A stretch of 64,000 nt of DNA from Candidatus Limnocylindria bacterium (GTDB lineage Bacteria; Chloroflexota; Limnocylindria; QHBO01): assembly GCA_036262075.1 (NCBI GenBank), contig DATAJO010000003.1:15464-79463 (forward strand), read 5' to 3'. Under the pieces are notes generated by a model. It ran no database searches. It saw only the letters and a list, made by a program, of their open reading frames with translations, and was not told where the DNA came from. The position numbers and the translations under genes were made by a program. Below are positions 47,097 to 55,509 of this stretch, one piece after another. Numbering within the stretch: the first letter of the stretch is position 1; every line of letters begins with the position of its first letter.

Positions 47097-47584
47097 CCGA
47101 TCCCCGCGAGCCGATGGAGCCTTCGGAGCCGATGGAGATGGTCGCCGATCCGTGGAGCGACCCGATGGTCGCGAAGCGGATCCTGCGCTCGTTCCGGGTC
47201 TGGGCCGTCGTCGGCTGCTCGTCGAACCCGTCGCGGCCGTCGCACGGCGTGTCGCGGTACCTGCTGTCGCAGGGCTACGCCGTCGTGCCGATCAACCCGA
47301 ACGAGGAGGTCGTCCACGGCGAGCGGGCCTATCCCGACCTCCGCTCGGTGCCGGCCGATCCGAGCGCGCCGATCGAGGTCGTCGACCTGTTCCGTCGCTC
47401 GGACGCGGTCCTGCCGCACGTCGAAGAGGCGATCGACATCGGCGCCAGGGCGATCTGGATGCAGCTCGGGGTCTGGAACCAGGAGGCCGCCGAGCTCGCC
47501 ACGCATGCCGGGCTGCTCGTCGTGATGAACCGCTGTCCCGCGATCGATCATCCGAGGCTCATCGGCGCTTCGGGCGGTCGCTGA
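47093..47584 (+). CDS. CoA-binding domain protein (YccU-like)
   Basis: ATG overlapping the ruvA stop; FRVWAVVGCSSNPSRPSHGV matches the CoA-binding Rossmann motif. It occupies the position where ruvB is normally found. Confidence 0.7.
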   Translation: MTDPREPMEPSEPMEMVADPWSDPMVAKRILRSFRVWAVVGCSSNPSRPSHGVSRYLLSQGYAVVPINPNEEVVHGERAYPDLRSVPADPSAPIEVVDLFRRSDAVLPHVEEAIDIGARAIWMQLGVWNQEAAELATHAGLLVVMNRCPAIDHPRLIGASGGR

Positions 47585-47715
47585 GGGCATCCGGGCGGCG
47601 CGTCGGGACGAGGCCGAGCCGCTGACGGCGCTCCATGGACGCGCGAACGTGCCAAATTCCCGCCAGGTGGGCGTTATCGGCCCGGAAGCGGCTCGAACGT
47701 GCCAAATGCCCACCG

Positions 47716-47776
47716 AGTGAGCACCAGGGGCCGTAGCGCGCCATTCGGCCCCGCGCAACCCGCGTAATGCTCACTC
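47716..47776. ncRNA. candidate structured element (nested hairpin) in a convergent intergenic region
   Basis: Outer 9-bp inverted repeat GAGTGAGCA / TGCTCACTC and inner 7-bp stem GGGGCCG / CGGCCCC. Flanked by direct repeats CGAACGTGCCAAAT (47645, 47694), its partial inverse (47780-47792), and tandem CGCGG...CCGCG hairpins (47821-47874). Confidence 0.3.
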
Positions 47777-47862
47777 CACGGGAATCTGGCACCCCCGCCG
47801 GCGGCGGCGGGCACCCGCCGCGGTCAGTCGCGGCGGGCATCCGCGGCGGGCATCCGCGACGG

Positions 47863-48789
47863 TCAGTCGCGGTGGAGGACGAGGCCGATGTGCCCGTACG
47901 GCGGCCGCGGGTCGGCGTACGTCTTCGTGCGGCCGTCATCGGCCTCGGCACCGACGTCCCACAGCCGGTTCTGCGCGTCGAACGAGACCGAGGCGAGCTG
48001 CGGCCATCGGTCGAGCATGCGGGTGCCGATCTCGTTGACGAGGTGCTGGATCGAGAGGCTGACGAACTCGTGGAAGACGGCGTTCGCGAGATCGGCGACC
48101 TGCTCCGAGGCGACGTACCTGGAGGGGTCCGCCAGGACGGCATCGGACGCATCGGCGTAGCGCCAGCCGATGTTCAGCCAGATGTAGAGCGGCCGATCCG
48201 GGCGCTCGGGGAGGGTCGTGTGCTCGTCGCGGGCGAAGTCGGCGAAGGCGGAGCCGGTGACCTTGATGAGCTGGAGGTCCCGGCGACCGGACTCGTGATC
48301 GGTGATCACGACGCTGCCGTCGTCGGTGCGCGCCAGCTCGAGGCGGGCGGAGCCCGCGTCGCATCGGTCTCTGCTGAAGAGCCGATCTGACGCCTCGAAT
48401 CCGTCGCCGTCGGCCGCGGGCACGAGGGCGGCGGGGAAGGGCAGGTCGCGCCCGAGCATCGTCAGGCGCTCCATGTGCGGGTACGTGTCGAGGAAGGCCG
48501 TGCCGACCTCGAGCAGCCACTCCTCCAGGCTGCGGGCGCGCGCCGTGAGCGAGGCGGCGTGGATGAAGTTCTTCATCGTGTCGGTCGCCACGACCTTGCG
48601 GTTGTCGCCCTTCGTGTACGCGTCGATGAACTCGGTGCCGTGGACGACGACCTCGATCTCGGCCGCGGCGAGGATGTTCTCGCGGCCGGTGAACGGCGAC
48701 TCGGGGATCGGCGTGATGCCGGTCAGCGGCTCGGCGTAGGTGCGGTAGACCTTGACGTCGGCCTTGCCGTAGCGAATCTCGTGGCGCAC
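47863..48789 (-). CDS. pucL: urate oxidase (uricase)
   Basis: YGKADVKVYRT N-terminus; T-fold signature VVATDTMKN; 308 aa. Confidence 0.85.
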   Translation of the reverse strand: MRHEIRYGKADVKVYRTYAEPLTGITPIPESPFTGRENILAAAEIEVVVHGTEFIDAYTKGDNRKVVATDTMKNFIHAASLTARARSLEEWLLEVGTAFLDTYPHMERLTMLGRDLPFPAALVPAADGDGFEASDRLFSRDRCDAGSARLELARTDDGSVVITDHESGRRDLQLIKVTGSAFADFARDEHTTLPERPDRPLYIWLNIGWRYADASDAVLADPSRYVASEQVADLANAVFHEFVSLSIQHLVNEIGTRMLDRWPQLASVSFDAQNRLWDVGAEADDGRTKTYADPRPPYGHIGLVLHRD

Positions 48790-48827
48790 GGGCCGATACT
48801 AGCGACCGAGCGCCCGCCGGACGACCC

Positions 48828-49847
48828 TCACGCGCGGAGCGTGGCGAGCCGATCGGCCGCGATGTGGACCACGTCGTCCAGCCCGCGGCGCCGCTCCGCC
48901 TCGCGCTCCTCGCGCAGGGCGATCTCGAGGAGCGGCACGATCGCCGACCGGGGCCGGCCGGCGACGAAGATCACGAAGCGGAACCCGAAGATCCGCTCGT
49001 ACGCGTCGTTCAGCGCCTCGAGCTCCTCGGCGATCCAGGGCTCCTGGCGGGGTGCGTCCACGTCGTAGCCCTGCTCGGCGTGCGACATCGCGCTGACCGA
49101 TGCGGGATCGGCTCCGATGCGCGGATGGGCGTCCAGCAGCTCGATCTGCTCGTCCTCGGGGATCGTGCGCGCCAGGTCCCGCGCCGCGGTGATCATGCCC
49201 GCGTCGTCCCCGAAGGGCCGCGCCGCGACGAGACGGGCGAGGAAGCGGGGAGCGTCCTCGAACAGCGGCCCGAGGAGGTGGGCGGCCGGTTCCGGCGGCA
49301 GCCTGTCCAGGTCCTCGATCCGTGGGAAGGGCTGAAAGCGCAGCTCCTCGCCGGCATCGGTCGGCAGCTCGAGCTCGACCAGGTCGCGCAGGGGAATGCC
49401 GTTCTCCGGGTTGACCCTCGGGATCTCGGCCTTGAGGGCCGCGCGGTCCGCGTCGACCGCTCCGGTGTGGACGGCAGCCACCCGCATCCCGCGGCGGAGA
49501 TACCAGCGGATGCCATGCAGGTTGTCGTTGGTGGTGACGAGCCAGAGCCGTGGCGCACCCGATGCGACCGCCACGCGCAGGGCGGTCTCGAGCAGCCGCG
49601 ATCCGGCGCCGATGCCCTCGACCGCGCTGTGGAGGGTGAGCACCTCCATCCCGCGGTCGGTCTCGTTGACGGTGAGCAGCCCGATCGGCTGGCCGTCGCG
49701 CTCGGCGACGAGGCCCTCCTTCTCGAGCGGGTTCAGCAGCTCGCCGAGGCGGGCCACCTGCGGGATGCCGCCACCGTGGCCGGCGAGCAGGCGCGTGGCC
49801 CAGTCGTGATCGGCGGGGACGAAGTCCCGGATGTCCAGCTCGCTCAT
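48828..49847 (-). CDS. fusion protein: N-terminal GNAT acetyltransferase-like domain plus C-terminal OHCU decarboxylase (UraD)
   Basis: GNAT core (LHSAVEGIGAGSRLLE...RLWLVTTNDN). C-terminal AHPRIG motif and FVIFVAGR block typical of 2-oxo-4-hydroxy-4-carboxy-5-ureidoimidazoline decarboxylase. Confidence 0.75.
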   Translation of the reverse strand: MSELDIRDFVPADHDWATRLLAGHGGGIPQVARLGELLNPLEKEGLVAERDGQPIGLLTVNETDRGMEVLTLHSAVEGIGAGSRLLETALRVAVASGAPRLWLVTTNDNLHGIRWYLRRGMRVAAVHTGAVDADRAALKAEIPRVNPENGIPLRDLVELELPTDAGEELRFQPFPRIEDLDRLPPEPAAHLLGPLFEDAPRFLARLVAARPFGDDAGMITAARDLARTIPEDEQIELLDAHPRIGADPASVSAMSHAEQGYDVDAPRQEPWIAEELEALNDAYERIFGFRFVIFVAGRPRSAIVPLLEIALREEREAERRRGLDDVVHIAADRLATLRA

Positions 49848-49857
49848 GAAGCGGCCG

Positions 49858-50205
49858 TCAGCTCCCGCGGTACGTGCTCATCCCGTACGGGCTGAGGAGG
49901 AGCGGGACGTGGTACGAGCGCTCCGTGTCGACGATGCGCAGCGCGATCGCGGCGCTCTGGAAGAACGCGTCCGGGTCATCGGCGTAGCCACCGACGTCGA
50001 AGGCGAGCTGGTAGTCGCCCTCGACGAGCTCGCCGCCGTCCAAGAGGTCGCGGATGCGGCCGTCGTCATCGGTCTGGAGCTCGCTCACGAGCTCGGGCGT
50101 GCCGTCGTCGGCCAGGCGGAAGAGCGCCACGCCGACACCGGGGGCGGGGTCGCCGCTGGCGAGGTCGAGGACGTGGGTGCTGATCGTGTGACGGTCGGCG
50201 GCCAT
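49858..50205 (-). CDS. uraH: 5-hydroxyisourate hydrolase (transthyretin-like)
   Basis: 115 aa; HVLD...PA.GV; C-terminal YRGS tetrapeptide diagnostic of HIUases. ATG 50205 inside the 49858..51084 ORF. Confidence 0.85.
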   Translation of the reverse strand: MAADRHTISTHVLDLASGDPAPGVGVALFRLADDGTPELVSELQTDDDGRIRDLLDGGELVEGDYQLAFDVGGYADDPDAFFQSAAIALRIVDTERSYHVPLLLSPYGMSTYRGS

Positions 50206-50232
50206 GGGTCCCTCGGGTATGCTCCGCGACGC

Positions 50233-50820
50233 ATGATGACCGATGCGCCGACCGAGCGTACTGCCCGCTACGACGTCCTCCTCGTCGGCTCGGCCGGGCC
50301 GCAGGTGGCGAGCACCTGCTCGCTGATCCGCGACGGTGACCGGGCGATCGTCGTCGACCCGGGGTTGGCGCCGTCCCAGGCCGCGATCCTCGACCCGCTG
50401 CGCGCCCTCGGGTTGTCGCCGGAGGACGTGACGGACGTCGTCATCTCGCACCACCATCCCGACCACGCCCTGAACGTCGCGCTGTTCCCGGCGGCGCGCG
50501 TCCACGACCACTGGGCCATCTACGACTTCGCCGGCCGATGGGACGACGTCGAGTCCGAGGGGCGCGTCGTCGCGCCGTCCGTGCGCCTGCTCCGGACGCC
50601 GGGGCACTCGAACGAGGACATCTCGACCGCGGCCTGGACGCCGGAGGGCGTCGTCGTGTTCACCCACCTGTGGTGGACCGATGCGCATCCTGTTGAGGAC
50701 CCATACGCGCCGGATCCGGCCGTCCTCCACGCCTCGCGGCAGCGGATCCTCGAGCTGGCCGATGTGATCGTGCCGGGCCATGGCGCGCCCTTCGTCCCGG
50801 GCCGGGAGACGCCGAGGTAG
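50233..50820 (+). CDS. MBL-fold metallo-hydrolase
   Basis: HHHPDH motif (VISHHHPDHALN); ATG 50233 inside the 49831..50820 ORF. Confidence 0.7.
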   Translation: MMTDAPTERTARYDVLLVGSAGPQVASTCSLIRDGDRAIVVDPGLAPSQAAILDPLRALGLSPEDVTDVVISHHHPDHALNVALFPAARVHDHWAIYDFAGRWDDVESEGRVVAPSVRLLRTPGHSNEDISTAAWTPEGVVVFTHLWWTDAHPVEDPYAPDPAVLHASRQRILELADVIVPGHGAPFVPGRETPR

Positions 50821-50857
50821 CCGTCGGCGCCCGGGATCGTGACGTATCCTGCGCCGC

Positions 50858-51274
50858 ATGGCTGACCTGCAGATTCGCGTCGGGGACGACCTCCAGTTCA
50901 CCGCCCGCTGGGAGGAGGCCGCGCCGAGGACGCGCGAGGCGCTCCGCGCCTGGCTCCCGATCCGCTCGAAGCTCATCCACTGCCGATGGAGCGGCGAGTC
51001 GACCTGGATCCCGTTCGGCGACCGCCGGCCGGACGTCGGATACGAGAACCACACCTCGCACCCGGCACCGGGCCAGATCCTCATCTACGTCGGCGAGATC
51101 AGCGAGTGCGAGATCCTCTTCCCGTACGGCGCGTGCAGCTTCAGCTCGAAGGTCGGCCAGCTGGCCGGCAACCATTTCGCCACGCTGCTGACGGGGCAGG
51201 AGCAGCTCCCCGAGGTCGGGCGCCGCGTGCTGTGGGAGGGCGCCCAGCCGATCGAGATCGTCGAGGCGGGCTGA
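50858..51274 (+). CDS. hypothetical protein (possibly DUF3830, cyclophilin-like; family recalled from memory and uncertain)
   Basis: 138 aa, good GC3, conserved-looking Trp/Cys pattern (HCRWSGESTW). Confidence 0.5.
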   Translation: MADLQIRVGDDLQFTARWEEAAPRTREALRAWLPIRSKLIHCRWSGESTWIPFGDRRPDVGYENHTSHPAPGQILIYVGEISECEILFPYGACSFSSKVGQLAGNHFATLLTGQEQLPEVGRRVLWEGAQPIEIVEAG

Positions 51275-51281
51275 TCCGGCG

Positions 51282-52640
51282 GTGACGGACCTCGTCGTCA
51301 CCGGGGGCCGCGTCGTCACGCCGAACGGCGTCCTCGAGGCCGATGTCGCCGTCACCGACGGGCGCATCAGCGCCATCGGTCCCGGGCTCTCGTCCGACGG
51401 AGCCGAAGTCCTCGACGCGAGCGGCATGCTCGTCCTGCCGGGCGCGATCGACGTCCACACCCACGTCCGCCTGCCGACTCCCGAGCGGCCGGATCGATTC
51501 CGGCAGGACCTCCTCGCGGCCGCCGCCGGCGGCACGACCACGGTCCTGACGTTCAACAACCCCGGCACCGGCATCAGCGACTCCGGCGCGCGGTCGCTGC
51601 TGCGGGGCCTGGACGAGTTCCGCGAGCGGACCGCCGGCGAGGCGCCGATCGACTTCGGGCTGAACGCGGTCGTCAGCGGCAAGCAGCCGCACGCTCGGGA
51701 CGAGCTGCCGGAGCTCATCGCGCGGGGCGTGCCGACGTTCAAGGCGTTCATGGTCTACGACTTCGCCCTGCCCGAGGACGCGCTCGAGCCGATGCTCCGC
51801 ACCGCCGCCCGGCACGGCGGCATGCTCCAGCTCCACTGCGAGGAGCCGGGGGTCATCGACCCGCTCGTGATCGATGCGCTGGCGCGCGGCGACGTCGGTC
51901 CACGCCACCACGCGGCCTGCCGGCCGGCGGACGCCGAGGCGCGCGCCACCCGGCGGGCGATCGCGGCCGCGCGACGGGCCGATGCGCCGCTCTACATCGT
52001 CCACCTGTCGTGCGCGGCGGCCCTCGAGGCCGTCGCCGAGGCCAAGAGTCGCGGTGAGCCCATCCACGCCGAGACCTGCCCGCACTACCTGACCCTCACC
52101 GACGAGCTGTACGCCGATCCGGACGAGGCCGAGGTCATGAAGCGCGTCATCTCGCCGCCGCTGCGGAGCGCGGCGGACGTGGAGGCGCTGTGGCAGGGAC
52201 TGCGCGACGGCGTCCTCGACGTCGTCGGCAGCGACCACGTCCCGGATCGGCTCGACACCGAGAAGGCGCTGCCCGCGCCGCCGTTCCCGCAGATCAGCAA
52301 CGGGGCGCCGGGGATCGAGACGCTCCTGTCGGTCGTGTACTCCGAGGGTGTGGCCCGCGGGCGCATCGGCCTGGAACGGCTGGCCGAGGTGCTGGCAGCC
52401 ACCCCCGCACGCCTGTTCGGCCTTGCGACGAAGGGTCGCCTGGAGGTCGGAGCCGATGCGGACCTCGTCGTCTGGGATCCGGACGCGCGTCGGACGCTGC
52501 GCCAGGCCCACCTCCATCACACGAGCGATTTCACGCCGTACGAGGGCCTCGAGGTTGCCGGCGCGCCGGTCGCCGTGCTCAGCCGCGGACGGCGTCCGGA
52601 GGGCACGGACGGCCGGTTCCTCGAGCGTCGCCGGTCCTGA
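51282..52640 (+). CDS. cyclic amidohydrolase of the allantoinase/dihydropyrimidinase/hydantoinase family
   Basis: 452 aa; metal-binding DVHTHV, carboxylated-Lys region KAFMVY, HLSC, downstream GSDHVP. Substrate not assignable from sequence; urate-pathway context suggests allantoinase. Confidence 0.8.
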   Translation: MTDLVVTGGRVVTPNGVLEADVAVTDGRISAIGPGLSSDGAEVLDASGMLVLPGAIDVHTHVRLPTPERPDRFRQDLLAAAAGGTTTVLTFNNPGTGISDSGARSLLRGLDEFRERTAGEAPIDFGLNAVVSGKQPHARDELPELIARGVPTFKAFMVYDFALPEDALEPMLRTAARHGGMLQLHCEEPGVIDPLVIDALARGDVGPRHHAACRPADAEARATRRAIAAARRADAPLYIVHLSCAAALEAVAEAKSRGEPIHAETCPHYLTLTDELYADPDEAEVMKRVISPPLRSAADVEALWQGLRDGVLDVVGSDHVPDRLDTEKALPAPPFPQISNGAPGIETLLSVVYSEGVARGRIGLERLAEVLAATPARLFGLATKGRLEVGADADLVVWDPDARRTLRQAHLHHTSDFTPYEGLEVAGAPVAVLSRGRRPEGTDGRFLERRRS

Positions 52641-52675
52641 TTCCGAGCGCTTGCCTGCCTGCGTACACTGCGGGC

Positions 52676-53095
52676 ATGGCGCAGGACGAGAAGATCGAGC
52701 ATCTCCGGCGGGTGCCGATGTTCTCCCGGCTCGGCAACCGGGAGCTCGAACGACTCGGGCAGCTGGCCGATGAGATCCAGGTCGGCCTCGACGAGAAGCT
52801 GACGGAGCAGGGCCGCTTCGGCCACGACTTTTTCATCGTCCTGTCGGGCCACGTCACCGTCATCGAGGACGGCAGGCCGGTCCGGCAGCTCCATCCCGGC
52901 GACTTCTTCGGTGAGCTCGCGCTCCTCGGCGATCACCTGCGCACCGCCACCGTTCGCGCCGATGGCATCGCCGAGCTGCTCGTCCTCGGTCATCGCGAGT
53001 TCAACGCGCTCATGTACGAGTTCCCGGCCATCCGCGCGGCGGTCGATGCCGCCGCGGCCGAACGCCGCCCCGCGACCGGAGGCGACTCGGCCTGA
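52676..53095 (+). CDS. stand-alone cyclic-nucleotide-binding (CAP effector) domain protein, no HTH
   Basis: ATG 52676 inside the 52190..53095 ORF; FGELALL...RTATVRA matches the cNMP-binding phosphate-binding cassette. Confidence 0.7.
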   Translation: MAQDEKIEHLRRVPMFSRLGNRELERLGQLADEIQVGLDEKLTEQGRFGHDFFIVLSGHVTVIEDGRPVRQLHPGDFFGELALLGDHLRTATVRADGIAELLVLGHREFNALMYEFPAIRAAVDAAAAERRPATGGDSA

Positions 53096-53157
53096 TCGGC
53101 GCGCGGTAGGCTGCCGCGCATGTCAGCGCCGCCCGCCGAATCCGCATCCGCATCCGC

Positions 53158-54537
53158 ATGACGAGGCTGGTCGGCCGCGCCCGCGGCGCCGCGGCCCGGC
53201 TCGTCCCGCGCGGGGCGGCCGTCCTCTCGGTCCTCATCTTCGCGAGCTACGTCATGGGACTCGTGCGTGACCGGATCTTCGCTCGCACGTTCGGCGCCGG
53301 CCCGGAGCTCGACGCCTACAACGCCGCGTTCCGCCTGCCGGAGCTCCTGTTCGACGTCCTCGTCGAGGCCGGACTGGCGGCGGCATTCATCCCGATCTTC
53401 GTCCGGCTGCGGCACGGCGACGAGGCGGCGGCGCATCGCTTCGGGCAGGCGATCCTCACGCTCGGCGTGGCGGTCATGGGCATCGGCTCACTCGTGCTCC
53501 TCGTCTTCGCCGATGCGACGACCTCGTTCATCGCCCCCGGCTTCGCCGGCGAGCAGCGCGCGCTGTACGCCGACTTGTTCCGGATCATGCTCGTGACCCA
53601 GGTCCTGTTCGCCGCCTCGCTCACCCTCGGGCAGGTGCTCCTCGCCGAGCAGCGCTACTTCTGGTACGGCGTCGCGCCGCTGCTCTACAACGCCGGCATC
53701 GTCATCGGGGCGCTGGCCTTCAGCGGGACGCTCGGCATCTCCGGCGCCGCCCTCGGCGCGGTCCTCGGAGCCGCGATCCATCTCGGCAGCCGGTTCATCG
53801 GCCTGCGCGGGAGCCGATTCCGGATCCGCTTCGGCTGGCCACCGCCGCCGGGCACGCTCGGCGAGTTCGTGCGCCTCACGCTGCCGCGCCTCGCGGCCCA
53901 GCCGGTCGAGCCGATGGCGTTCCTGTTCTTCGCCAACGTCGCGTCGCGCCTGAGCGCCGGCAGCCTGTCGATCTTCGACTACGCGCGGAACTTCCAGAGC
54001 GTGCCGGTCTCGCTCGTCGGCGTCGCGTTCGCCATCGCCGCCTTCCCGGCGCTCGCCTCGGCCCATGCCGATGGCGACCGGCGCGGCTTCCTGCGGCTGT
54101 TCGGAACGAACCTCGCGTACATCGTGGGCCTGACGGTCGCCGCGGCCGTCGCCATGGTCGTGGTGGGGGAGACGGCGATCGGCATCCTGCTGGGCGGCGG
54201 CCGCTTCGGACCCGACGAGGTGGGACGCACGGCCGCCGTGCTCGGCGTCTTCGCGCTGTCGGTGCCGTTCGAGAGCGTCGCGCACCTGCTGACGCGGGCG
54301 ATCTTCGCCACGCGCCACACGCTGACCCAGGCGCTCGCCTCGATCGCCGGCCTCGAGATCACGATCGCCGCCACATGGTTCCTTCTGCCGGAGATGGACC
54401 TCCTGGCGCTGCCGCTCGGCTTCGCGATCGGCCAGGCGGCGAAGGTCGCGCTGCTGGCGCTGGCGCTCGCCGTCAGGCTGGCCGTGTGGCGCCCGGATCA
54501 GGCGAACGCTACTGGTCGCGCGGGGTCGTCGGGATGA
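53158..54537 (+). CDS. murJ: lipid II flippase MurJ (MviN family)
   Basis: 459 aa, ~14 TM helices, N-terminal SYVMGLVRDRIFARTFGAG and AFRLPELLFD motifs. Confidence 0.85.
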   Translation: MTRLVGRARGAAARLVPRGAAVLSVLIFASYVMGLVRDRIFARTFGAGPELDAYNAAFRLPELLFDVLVEAGLAAAFIPIFVRLRHGDEAAAHRFGQAILTLGVAVMGIGSLVLLVFADATTSFIAPGFAGEQRALYADLFRIMLVTQVLFAASLTLGQVLLAEQRYFWYGVAPLLYNAGIVIGALAFSGTLGISGAALGAVLGAAIHLGSRFIGLRGSRFRIRFGWPPPPGTLGEFVRLTLPRLAAQPVEPMAFLFFANVASRLSAGSLSIFDYARNFQSVPVSLVGVAFAIAAFPALASAHADGDRRGFLRLFGTNLAYIVGLTVAAAVAMVVVGETAIGILLGGGRFGPDEVGRTAAVLGVFALSVPFESVAHLLTRAIFATRHTLTQALASIAGLEITIAATWFLLPEMDLLALPLGFAIGQAAKVALLALALAVRLAVWRPDQANATGRAGSSG

Positions 54538-55456
54538 GGACCACGAACTTGCCGTCGCGGTCCGGGTAGCGGCCCTCGGGACGGGTCCAGCCGGGACCGA
54601 TGGACTCGTGGCCGGGCGGACCCTGGTAGGCAGGCCAGTTGCGCTCGAGCTCGGCGAGGTCCTCGAAATTGCCCGGCGGATCGGACTTGCCCCAGATGGA
54701 CGACGTCCGTGGGAACCACGGGTCGAGGATGTAGGCGCCGCTGATGTGCGCGTCGGGGAACAGGGTCGGATCGGCATCGGCCCGGTAGCCGTACATCACC
54801 CAGGTGTGGGCGCCCCACCAGGGGAACATCACGACCGGCTTGTCGTAGGTCGAGATCGCGATGGCCGAGTCGCGCAGCGCATCGGTGTAGGACTCGTAGG
54901 CGCGCTCGTCGTAGCCGTCGGCGCCGTAGGCGGCGAGCGCCTGGTCCACCGCCGCCGGTCCCCAGCCGGGGTTGAGGCTGTCGTGGACGGATTCCCACTC
55001 GGGCAGCCGATCCTTGATCTCCTGCTGGAACTCCCGCGACGTGTCGCCCAGCCCGAGAATGGCGAGCACCATCTGCGTGCCAGCCACGGCGCAGTCCTTC
55101 TCGGTCAGCTGCGTGGCGAAGACGGCCTCGGGATCGGGCACGAGCTCGACGTCGACGGGCACGCGCGGGATCGGCGTGGGCGTCGGCGAGGCGGACGGTT
55201 CGAGCGTCGCAGGGGGCGTCGGCACCTCGGTGGGGGAGGGGCTCGGAGCCGGCGTCACGACCACCGTCGGCTGGATCGAGCGATCGGGCGGCGGGAAGAA
55301 GAAGTTCTCGACGCGCGCGGTCAGCCGGTCGAACCGATCGCCCATGCCGAGCACGTTCGCGCCGACCACGGTGAAGCCGGTCGCGAACAGGAGGACGAAG
55401 GCGAGGCCGGCGAGGGCGAAGCGCCGTGGCAGGCGGGGAGGGGGCTGAGCGTTCAT
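54509..55456 (-). CDS. membrane-anchored protein with Pro-rich linker and C-terminal C39-like (papain-fold) peptidase-like domain
   Basis: TM anchor; PSPSPTEVPTPP linker; Cys motif DCAVAGTQMVLAILG and downstream His (GAHTWVMYGY) resemble Peptidase_C39_2-like domains. Overlaps the murJ 3' end convergently by 29 bp. Confidence 0.5.
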   Translation of the reverse strand: MNAQPPPRLPRRFALAGLAFVLLFATGFTVVGANVLGMGDRFDRLTARVENFFFPPPDRSIQPTVVVTPAPSPSPTEVPTPPATLEPSASPTPTPIPRVPVDVELVPDPEAVFATQLTEKDCAVAGTQMVLAILGLGDTSREFQQEIKDRLPEWESVHDSLNPGWGPAAVDQALAAYGADGYDERAYESYTDALRDSAIAISTYDKPVVMFPWWGAHTWVMYGYRADADPTLFPDAHISGAYILDPWFPRTSSIWGKSDPPGNFEDLAELERNWPAYQGPPGHESIGPGWTRPEGRYPDRDGKFVVLIPTTPRDQ

Positions 55457-55509
55457 GGGGAGACGGCGCTCAGGATGACACCGGATGCTTGCTTCGGCAA
55501 CATGACGCC

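Noticed and set aside
53096-53157. CCGCAT x3 micro-repeat upstream of murJ
   Set aside because: Too short and simple to assign meaning.
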